From Armatimonadota bacterium (GTDB lineage Bacteria > Armatimonadota > SYMT01): 64,000 nt of DNA. Within the stretch, counting starts at the first letter, position 1; each line of letters opens with the position of its first letter. The notes beneath the pieces were generated by a model. The model did no database searches, was not told the DNA's origin, and saw only the letters and a program-made list of their open reading frames with translations. Positions 56,803 through 64,000 of the stretch are shown one piece after another. The position numbers and the translations under genes were made by a program. The stretch is from NCBI GenBank assembly GCA_046292385.1, contig JBKBRF010000018.1, positions 55,446 to 119,445 of the forward strand, read 5' to 3'.

Positions 56803-58176
56803 ATGATCGGTATCATCCTGGCCGCGGGTGCCGGCCGCAAGATCTGGCCCTACGCCGAGGTGCGGAACAAATGCGCGCTGCCGGTGGCCAACGTCCCGTG
56901 CGTGCGCCGGCTCGCCGAGCAGCTCCTCGGTGCCGGCTGCGAGGGCCTCGCCGTGGTGGTGGGACCCCACGCCGGCTCCGTCCGCGCGGCGCTGGCCGGC
57001 CTGGAGCAGCGCGTCACCTGGGTGGAGCAGCCGCAGCCGGAGGGGACCGCGGCCGCAGTGGTGCGCGCCCTCGCCGCCGTGGGCGAAGGGCCGTTCCTCG
57101 TCACCTACGGTGACGTGGTTACCACGCGGGAGACGATCGCCGCCCTCGCCGCGTCCCTGCGGGAAAGTGAAGCCGCGGCGACCGCAGTGGTGTCGCCGCT
57201 GGCGGGGGCCGACCCTGGCGAGTGGCTGACTTCGGAGCTCCGCGGCGGCGCCCTGGCCGGTATCGAGGGTCACGGGCGAGACGGCACGCACCGGCTCTGC
57301 GGCCTCTATGCGTTCCAGCCGGCGGCGGTCCCCTACCTCCGCGCCAACCCCGGGCTGATGACGCACGTTCCGGTCGGCGGCATGCCGCCTCTCGAGGCGG
57401 AGGTGGCGGAGTCGATCGCGCGGATGGTCGACGAGGGCCTCCCCGTGCAGGCGCTGGAGGCGCATCGCTTCGCGCTCGATCTCGATAAGCCGTGGCACAT
57501 CCTGGAAGCGAGCCAGGCGGTGCTGCGGGACATGTCTGCGCGCTGCGAGGGGGACCGGGTGTCGCCCGGTGCGAAGATCGCGGCTAGCGCGGAGATCCAC
57601 GGCCGCGTCGTGCTGGAGCCGGGAGCGGAGATCGGCGAGCGGGTGGTCGTAAAGGGCGACGTCTGGCTCGGTCCGGGAGCCTCCGTCACCAACGGCTCGA
57701 TCTTGAACGGCAGGTGTATAGTCGGCGCGAGGACCGGCGTCCGCGACTACGCACTGGTGGGCGAAGACTCGGTGCTCGGTACGGACACGATCTGCGGCCA
57801 CGGCGCCGAGCTCGAGGGCGTGCTCTTCGACGGCGCCTATCTCTACCACTACTGCGAGATCTACGGAGTGGTCGGGGCGAAGGTCGACATCGGCGCCGCC
57901 ACCGTCTGCGGCACCCTCCGCTTCGACGACGGCGCCGCGACCCACCGCATCCACGGACGCCGGGAGCAGCCGCGCGTCGGCGCGAACGCCAGCTACCTCG
58001 GCGACTACAGCCGCACCGGTGTCAACGCGATCCTGATGCCCGGCGTCAAGGTCGGCGTCTACTCCTGCGTCGGGCCCGGCGTGGTGCTCCAGGAAGACCT
58101 CCCCTCTCGCGAGTTGGTGATGGTCAAGCAGGAGCTGGTCCGTAAGCGCTGGGGCCCGGAGCGATACGGCTGGTGA
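56803..58176 (+). CDS. Sugar-phosphate nucleotidyltransferase with left-handed beta-helix (GlmU-like)
   Basis: IILAAGAG, KCALPVAN, QPQPEGTA, YGD, hexapeptide repeats. Confidence 0.85.
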   Translation: MIGIILAAGAGRKIWPYAEVRNKCALPVANVPCVRRLAEQLLGAGCEGLAVVVGPHAGSVRAALAGLEQRVTWVEQPQPEGTAAAVVRALAAVGEGPFLVTYGDVVTTRETIAALAASLRESEAAATAVVSPLAGADPGEWLTSELRGGALAGIEGHGRDGTHRLCGLYAFQPAAVPYLRANPGLMTHVPVGGMPPLEAEVAESIARMVDEGLPVQALEAHRFALDLDKPWHILEASQAVLRDMSARCEGDRVSPGAKIAASAEIHGRVVLEPGAEIGERVVVKGDVWLGPGASVTNGSILNGRCIVGARTGVRDYALVGEDSVLGTDTICGHGAELEGVLFDGAYLYHYCEIYGVVGAKVDIGAATVCGTLRFDDGAATHRIHGRREQPRVGANASYLGDYSRTGVNAILMPGVKVGVYSCVGPGVVLQEDLPSRELVMVKQELVRKRWGPERYGW

Positions 58177-58294
58177 GCCAGTAAGCCGGCCGCGCCCAGC
58201 TCTTACTCATTCTCGTTCTCCTTCTCCTTCTCAGTTCGAACGGTCCGGAAGTCCAAGTCGCGTTACCCCGTGGTCCTGCGATCCCCTCTCAACC

Positions 58295-59515
58295 ATGCCC
58301 AGCTTCCTCACCCACCTGGAATGCACGCTCTGCGGCCGCGAGTACGACGCGGGCCACCTCCAGAACCTCTGCACCGACTGTGCCCGCCCGCTCTACCCGC
58401 GCTACGACCTCCCGGCGATCCGCGCGGCGGTGAGGCCGGACGATCTCCGCACCCGGGAGGCGAGTCTCTGGCGCTACCGGGAGCTGCTGCCGGTGGACGA
58501 CTCGACCGAGATCGTCTCCTTCGGCGAGGGGTGGTCGCCGCTGCTGCCGTGCCCGCGGCTGGCGGCGGCCCTCGGGATGGACGAGCTGCTGGTGAAGGAC
58601 GAGGGGCAGATGCCGACCGGCAGCTTCAAGGCGCGCGGGATGGCGGTCGCCGTGACGCTGGCCAAGGCGCTGGGCGCGACCACCTTCGCCGCGCCGAGTG
58701 CGGGGAATGCGGGTGGGGCGATGGCGCAGTACGCGGCGCGGGCGGGGCTGGAGAGCTACGTCTTCATGCCGGCCGACGTGCCGCAGATCAACCGGATCGA
58801 GTGCGTGATGGCCGGGGCGCACACCTACCTGGTGCGCGGACTGATCACCGACTGCGGCAAGATCGTTCGCGAGGGGACACCGGTGAAAGGCTGGTTCGAT
58901 CTCTCCACCCTGAAAGAGCCGTACCGCGTGGAAGGCAAGAAGACGATGGGCCTGGAGCTGGCGGAGCAGCTCGGGTGGACGCTGCCGGACGTGATCCTCT
59001 ACCCCACCGGCGGCGGGACGGGGCTGGTGGGGATGTGGAAGGCGTTTGCGGAGCTGGAGGCGCTCGGGTGGATTGGCAGCGAGCGCCCGCGCATGGTGGC
59101 GGTCCAGAGCGAGGGCTGCGCCCCCATCGCTCGCGCGTTCCACGCGGGCGAGGAATTCGCCCAGCCGTGGGAGGGAGCCGAGACGATGGCGAGCGGCATC
59201 CGCGTGCCGGCGGCGGTCGGCGACTTCCTGATGCTCCGCGCCCTCCGAGAGAGCGGCGGCACGACGGTGACCGTCTCCGACGCGGAGATCGCCGCCGCGA
59301 CCCGGCTCATCACGGAGCTGGAAGGCATCTTCGTCTGCCCGGAGGGCGGCGCGGTGGTAGCCGGGCTCCAGAAGCTGCGCGCGAGCGGCTGGATCAAGCC
59401 GGAGGAGCGGGTAGTAGTCTTCAATACCGGGACCGGGCTAAAGTACCCGGAGTGTTTCCCGGTCGAGCTGCCGGTGCTCGACCCTGCCGGTCCGATTGAC
59501 TACGCCTCGCTGTAA
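58295..59515 (+). CDS. thrC: Threonine synthase
   Basis: GEGWSP, PTGSFKARG, SAGN, EGKKT, PTGGG, TGTGLK. Confidence 0.9.
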   Translation: MPSFLTHLECTLCGREYDAGHLQNLCTDCARPLYPRYDLPAIRAAVRPDDLRTREASLWRYRELLPVDDSTEIVSFGEGWSPLLPCPRLAAALGMDELLVKDEGQMPTGSFKARGMAVAVTLAKALGATTFAAPSAGNAGGAMAQYAARAGLESYVFMPADVPQINRIECVMAGAHTYLVRGLITDCGKIVREGTPVKGWFDLSTLKEPYRVEGKKTMGLELAEQLGWTLPDVILYPTGGGTGLVGMWKAFAELEALGWIGSERPRMVAVQSEGCAPIARAFHAGEEFAQPWEGAETMASGIRVPAAVGDFLMLRALRESGGTTVTVSDAEIAAATRLITELEGIFVCPEGGAVVAGLQKLRASGWIKPEERVVVFNTGTGLKYPECFPVELPVLDPAGPIDYASL

Positions 59516-60189
59516 TGACTGACCCACGCACGCTGCCCGACGCCGTCATCTTCGACATGGATGGACTGCTGGTCGACACGGAGACGTGCGACTATCACGC
59601 CTGGCTGGAGCTGCACCAGGCGCACGGCCTGGAGCTGACGCTTCCGGACTATTGCCACCACGCCGGGCTCTACGGCTCGTGGGACCGGATGTACGCGGCG
59701 GTCGCCGCCCACAGCGGAGTGCCGGCGGACCAGCTCCACGCGCGCCGCGAGCCGCGGTTCCGGGAGCTCGTTTCGGCCTGCCTCGAGCCGTCGCCGGAAC
59801 TGCTGCGGCTGCTCGGCGAACTCAAGGAAAACCAGGTGCGCCGTGGAATCGCCTCCTCATCCGACTCGGATTGGGTGGCCTACTTGCTGGAAGGAACCGG
59901 CCTGCGTTCCTACTTCGAGGTCGTCGCCACTGGCCACGACGTTGCCCATCGGAAGCCCGCGCCGGACGTTTACCTCCTGGCGGCGGAGCGGCTGAAGGTG
60001 GATCCAAAACGGTGCGTCGCGCTGGAAGACTCGTGCCACGGCATCGCAGCGGCGCAAGCGGCGGGGATGCGGGTGATCGCCATCCCGAACCTCGTCTCCG
60101 CGCACCAGGACCTCTCCGCAGCCGATGCGCGCGTGGAGCATTTCGGGGACGTGACGCTGGAGATGCTGTCCCGGCTGGTCACGCCGTAA
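59515..60189 (+). CDS. HAD-family phosphatase
   Basis: FDMDGLLVD, KPAPD, LEDS. Confidence 0.93.
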   Translation: MTDPRTLPDAVIFDMDGLLVDTETCDYHAWLELHQAHGLELTLPDYCHHAGLYGSWDRMYAAVAAHSGVPADQLHARREPRFRELVSACLEPSPELLRLLGELKENQVRRGIASSSDSDWVAYLLEGTGLRSYFEVVATGHDVAHRKPAPDVYLLAAERLKVDPKRCVALEDSCHGIAAAQAAGMRVIAIPNLVSAHQDLSAADARVEHFGDVTLEMLSRLVTP

Positions 60190-61112
60190 TGCACGACCAG
60201 CTCTTCAAGGAGCTGCTGCAGGGCTTCTTGCCGGAGGTGATGCGCCTGTTCTTCCCGGAGCAGGCGCGTAGGATCGACTGGTCCAGTCTCCAGTTCGTCA
60301 ACACGGAGCTCTTCTCCAGCGGCACGCAAGGCTCCCGGCGAACGGTCGACCTCGCCGCCCGGGTGCGCACGCTGGAGGGAGAAGCGGAAGAGCTGCTGGT
60401 CCACGTGGAGATCGAGTCCGATCTTCGGGCTGGCTTTCCGGCTAGAATGTTCGAGTACTACATGCTCCTGCGGCTCCGCGACCGGCTGCCGATCTTTCCG
60501 GTGGTGATCACCCTGCGACCGGGGTTCGGCGGCATCACCTGGGGCGAACACGAGGAGCTGGTGCTGGGACAGCAGATCGCACGGTTCCGGTATCGCCTCA
60601 TCTCGCTGCCAGATCTTTCCCGCGAGGGTTTGGATCGGAGCAATCCGGTGGTTCACGCGCTGGCGCCACTCCTCTCCGGCCGCCCTGCGGACCCGCTAGA
60701 CTTACTGGTAGAATCGCTCCTGGGTATAAGCGAATCGGAAACGAGTGAGAGCCGCCGGGACCAACTAACGAGCTTTCTGCACAGTTACGTCCCGCTGTCG
60801 GCTGAAGAGTTAGAGAAACTGCTTCAGCGCCTGCGCGTGAGTGGTCTGGAGGCGGAACTGATGACGAACCCCTGGAAGGAACTGGGTGCCACGTACGGGA
60901 TGCGCGAGAGCCTGCGGCAGATTCTGCAGAGCCGTTTCGGCAGTGCTCCGGAATCACTCCTCGGGGCGATCGGTCGCATTCACGACCAGGAAGCGCTGCT
61001 TCGCGCCATCCGTACCGCCTCCACTGCGTCATCCCCGGAAGAGGTCGAGCGGGAGCTTCCGAGCACAGGCAGTCTAGAGTCGGCTCGAACGCCGGGCAGC
61101 GAGTCCGAGTGA
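60189..61112 (+). CDS. Rpn/YhgA-like recombination-promoting nuclease (PD-(D/E)XK)
   Basis: MHDQLFKELL, VDLAARV, LVHVEIES, RMFEY; C-terminal LQSRFG module; TAATG coupling. Confidence 0.8.
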   Translation: MHDQLFKELLQGFLPEVMRLFFPEQARRIDWSSLQFVNTELFSSGTQGSRRTVDLAARVRTLEGEAEELLVHVEIESDLRAGFPARMFEYYMLLRLRDRLPIFPVVITLRPGFGGITWGEHEELVLGQQIARFRYRLISLPDLSREGLDRSNPVVHALAPLLSGRPADPLDLLVESLLGISESETSESRRDQLTSFLHSYVPLSAEELEKLLQRLRVSGLEAELMTNPWKELGATYGMRESLRQILQSRFGSAPESLLGAIGRIHDQEALLRAIRTASTASSPEEVERELPSTGSLESARTPGSESE

Positions 61113-61519
61113 GCTCCACGAGAGAGAGACTGCGCGTGGCGGGAGTAATCCTGCACCGGGACGGGAGGGTCCTGCTCCAGCACCGGGACGACCGCCCCGA
61201 TATCGTTTCCCCCAATCTCTGGGTGATCTTCGGCGGTCACCTGGAGCCCGGCGAAGAGCCCGAGGCCGGCGCTCGCCGGGAGATCCAGGAAGAGCTGGGG
61301 CTGTCGCTGGAGCCTCCGCTCGAGTTGTTCCACCACGACGACGACGGCAACCGCGAGCGCTTCTTCTTCGCCGCGGACTTGCGGGTTCCCATCGCGGAGT
61401 TGACGCTCTACGAAGGCCAGGCGATGGAGCTCCTCGGCCCGGAAGAGATTCGCCGCTATCCGCTGGTGCCGTTCCACCGAGAGCTGCTGCTGCGCTTCCT
61501 CGGCTCCAACGGAACGTAG
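61109..61519 (+). CDS. NUDIX hydrolase
   Basis: GGHLEPGEEPEAGARREIQEELG Nudix box. Confidence 0.92.
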   Translation: MSSTRERLRVAGVILHRDGRVLLQHRDDRPDIVSPNLWVIFGGHLEPGEEPEAGARREIQEELGLSLEPPLELFHHDDDGNRERFFFAADLRVPIAELTLYEGQAMELLGPEEIRRYPLVPFHRELLLRFLGSNGT

Positions 61520-61543
61520 AGGTACCGAAGATTCTCACCGGTG

Positions 61544-61595
61544 TGGACATCCGGATCGAATGCGGGTATACAAGTTTCAGAAGTTTCTGAAACTT
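61544..61595 (+). promoter_or_regulatory. Putative promoter with overlapping 24-bp palindromic operator
   Basis: TGGACA-17 bp-TATACA; AAGTTTCAGAA-GT-TTCTGAAACTT at 61572-61595. Confidence 0.55.
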
Positions 61596-61624
61596 CCGAT
61601 AGGAAGAGCCGCAGGAGGTCAGCG

Positions 61625-62437
61625 ATGGCACGCCCGCCCGTGGAATGGCCGATCCCGATCTACACGCTGGAGCTGCGAGAGCGCACGGTGGGCATCTTTC
61701 GAGTGCCGGCTTCGCGCCTTGCGCGGCAGGTGCCGCCCCCGATCTCGCTGGAGACTTTCGCAGGCACCGGCCTGGTGGCGGTGTGTGTCGGCAGCGCGCG
61801 CTGCCTCAAGCCGGTAGGCGGGGCGGCGCAGCTTGCCAGCGAGTTTCACCTGGTGGAAGTGGTGACCCCGGTTCGCTGGCAAGGAGCGTGCCGGCCGCTG
61901 CTGCGCGGGCTCTTCGCGCTCGACCTGCTCACCGACTGCTCCGGAGTCCGGCGCCTCCTGGAGTGCGGGCTCCAGGTACCGGCGCGCCGCGCGCGGGCGG
62001 AGCAGGAGCTAAGCCGACAGCGCGTCTCCGTCCGCGTCGGAACCTCCTCCGGAGCCGGCTTCGGCCTCGCGGGTCCCGATCCGCTGCGGGAGGGAACGTG
62101 GCCCGAGGGCTCCTGCCTTTCCGGACTGGAGGAGGCCGAGCTCCGCCTCCTGCGGCCGGATAGCTACTTCTTTCCGGATTCTCACCAGCCGCTGGTCCGC
62201 GCAGTGCCCGTGCACCAGTATTCGCGTCTCACCGTGGCGCGCGGGGATTTCGAGATGGCCGCCCCGCTCCTGGCGGAGTTGCTCCGCTGCCCGGAGAGCG
62301 AGATCGTGCCGGACCTTGCCCTCGTCCAGAAGCGATGCACCTACACTATCGCGTTTCCGCCCGAGCGGATCCCCACGGCTCCCGCGGTGGCGCCGCGGCG
62401 GGCTCTGGTCCCGGAGCCGCTCCGATTAGCGGCGTAG
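61625..62437 (+). CDS. Hypothetical protein (DUF2071/acetoacetate-decarboxylase-like fold possible)
   Basis: AGGAGG RBS; FRVPASRLARQVPPPISLETFAGTGLVAV resembles DUF2071 N-termini. Confidence 0.6.
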   Translation: MARPPVEWPIPIYTLELRERTVGIFRVPASRLARQVPPPISLETFAGTGLVAVCVGSARCLKPVGGAAQLASEFHLVEVVTPVRWQGACRPLLRGLFALDLLTDCSGVRRLLECGLQVPARRARAEQELSRQRVSVRVGTSSGAGFGLAGPDPLREGTWPEGSCLSGLEEAELRLLRPDSYFFPDSHQPLVRAVPVHQYSRLTVARGDFEMAAPLLAELLRCPESEIVPDLALVQKRCTYTIAFPPERIPTAPAVAPRRALVPEPLRLAA

Positions 62438-63364
62438 CCTCGGGGTCTCGTCCAGCCAGCGGATCCAGCGCTTGTCCAGCCAGAACTGCCACATCTCCGG
62501 GTGCTCCCGGAGGAACTCTTCGAAGAGGGAAGCCCAGCGCTGTGCGAGGTCGGCGACGGCCGCGTCGCGGTCGTCAGTCGCGTTGACGGAGAGCGGCTTC
62601 AGCGCGCGGAGGTGGTAGACCCCGTTCTCCCAGTGAAAGAAGGTGGGGATGAGCGGCGCGCCGGTGCGGACCGCCAGGAAGAACGCTCCGGCGGGCAGCT
62701 CCGCGTCGCGATCGAAGAGCCGGACCGGAATCCCGGTGCCCCGCTTCTGGATCAGGTCGGGCGTGAGCGCCAGGATCCGGTTCCGCCGCAGCGCCCGGAA
62801 GGCGGCGGTCATCTCCCCCAGCGCCTGCGCCGGCCCCCCCTTGGGCGGACGATAGACGACATCGACCCCGAGGCAGCTGTACCACCGCTGCTTGATCGCT
62901 TCGTATGCGGGCTCCGGCGACTTGCGGACCAGCACGGTGATCGGAAGGCGGTCGGTCCCCACGCCGGCCATGACCTCATGGCAGATCAGGTGCGGGGAGA
63001 CCATCAACGCCCCCTTCCCCTCCTCCAGCGCCGTGTGGAAGCGCTCGATCGGAGTAGCCTGTGGGGCAGTGAACCGCTCCAGTCCGCCGGCGTGGATCCC
63101 GCCCCGGTAGACCACGGCCGAGAACCCGACCAGGTCCCCCAGGCGCCGGAAGTAGGCGTCGACGGTGCCGCGGTCGATCGCCTCGTCGCCCAACGCCGCG
63201 CGCATCGAACGCTCGACTCGGGCGTGCCAACCCGGCACTCGCGCGAGGATGGAGCCGACCAGAGGTCGTGCGCCGAGTGCCAGCGGAGGCGGGAGTCGCC
63301 GGACGCTGCCGGCCAGGCGCGGCAGAAGTGCCGTCCGCAAATTGGATCGCCGCCGAGCCGCCAT
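62426..63364 (-). CDS. Lysophospholipid / lipid A-type acyltransferase
   Basis: SPHLICHE (HxxxxE), GIPVRLFD, PEMWQFW; start uncertain (63364-63433). Confidence 0.8.
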   Translation of the reverse strand: MAARRRSNLRTALLPRLAGSVRRLPPPLALGARPLVGSILARVPGWHARVERSMRAALGDEAIDRGTVDAYFRRLGDLVGFSAVVYRGGIHAGGLERFTAPQATPIERFHTALEEGKGALMVSPHLICHEVMAGVGTDRLPITVLVRKSPEPAYEAIKQRWYSCLGVDVVYRPPKGGPAQALGEMTAAFRALRRNRILALTPDLIQKRGTGIPVRLFDRDAELPAGAFFLAVRTGAPLIPTFFHWENGVYHLRALKPLSVNATDDRDAAVADLAQRWASLFEEFLREHPEMWQFWLDKRWIRWLDETPRLRR

Positions 63365-63481
63365 CTCTCCCGCCCCTCCCCCCACCCCGTAGCCACCGCG
63401 CATGAATGTATACCGTGGTCTGTCCCAACTCACCCCACGGGCGGGACCCGCAATCGTGTTAAATGATCCGGTGGAGCAGGT

Positions 63482-63615
63482 TTGACACCCGCGGGGGCGT
63501 TGAGTAAGATACGCAGGCCAGCCCCCGCGGCCCCCCGGCGAAAGCCGGAGTGAGCCCGAAGTTAGGCGAGAGTTAAAAACTCCCGGTTGACAGCGGCGCG
63601 CGGGACTGGTAAGCT
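63482..63615 (+). promoter_or_regulatory. Tandem strong promoters P1/P2 of a probable rRNA operon
   Basis: TTGACA-17-TAAGAT (63482-63510) and TTGACA-17-TAAGCT (63587-63615). Confidence 0.8.
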
Positions 63616-63874
63616 GATGGAGCGCTCGGGAATGGCCCGGACGGCGGAGACGCCCCGGAGCCAGGACGAGCTTGAGAATTGCAGACCGGCTAGAGAGCCT
63701 CCGCGCTGTAGGGAAACCGAGTGGAGCCCGTCCCGTAAAGGGCGCGCACCAGCAGCAGGCGGGGGTTTTTATGTCGGTTTAGGGCTAGTTGCCTCCGGGT
63801 AAACTAGTTTTCCCGGAGAGATCCGGGGCTCCAGAGAGATCTGGTCCAGGGTCGGCGCGCAGAAGCCGGCGCTG

Positions 63875-63893
63875 GTTCCTTGAAAACTAAACA
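63875..63893 (+). promoter_or_regulatory. boxA antitermination site in an rRNA leader (16S presumably starts beyond the window)
   Basis: GTTCCTTGAAAACTAAACA. Confidence 0.75.
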
Positions 63894-64000
63894 GTGGGAG
63901 ACGCAGCTTTACGCTTCAAGCGCTCTGCCTTCGGGCGGGGCGGGAGAAGTGAGAGAAGTAGCAGGTAAGGTCCACTAGCAGGACTGCGGAGCAATCCGGA

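Noticed and set aside
63511..64000. tRNA or 16S rRNA gene in the right-hand non-coding region
   Set aside because: No cloverleaf or T-loop, and no AGAGTTTGATC 16S start inside the window; only leader features are present.

Overview
High-GC bacterial chromosomal window. Armatimonadota- or PVC-like origin is inferred from the planctomycete-type cytochrome c domain, sulfatases, Tat-exported Gfo/Idh/MocA proteins and heptamer repeats. It carries housekeeping genes (guaB, nrdR-nrdJ with two NrdR-box pairs, topA, ndk, hemL, dut, htpX, thrC), secreted carbohydrate/sulfate enzymes, a MoxR-DUF4350-DUF4129 cluster, a DUF433/DUF5615 toxin-antitoxin pair, an Rpn-family nuclease and, at the right edge, tandem promoters and a boxA typical of an rRNA operon leader. 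No CRISPR array, tRNA, integrase or IS transposase was seen. Highlights: (1) a selenoprotein that the ORF track truncates (AhpC/TSA-like, W-U-P-F-C, in-frame TGA at 45938-45936 with a SECIS-like hairpin); (2) a eukaryote-type IMPDH; (3) a secreted protein with GQGF repeats and a putative Cys-Gln thioester domain; (4) two families of palindromic intergenic repeats, one with variable heptamer tails; (5) a ~500 nt highly structured intergenic element; (6) a cyclase-like/TM/STAS-like/HEAT protein where DUF58 usually follows MoxR; (7) a sigma factor ending in an ssrA-like tag. All protein family calls come from motif recognition by eye, not database searches.
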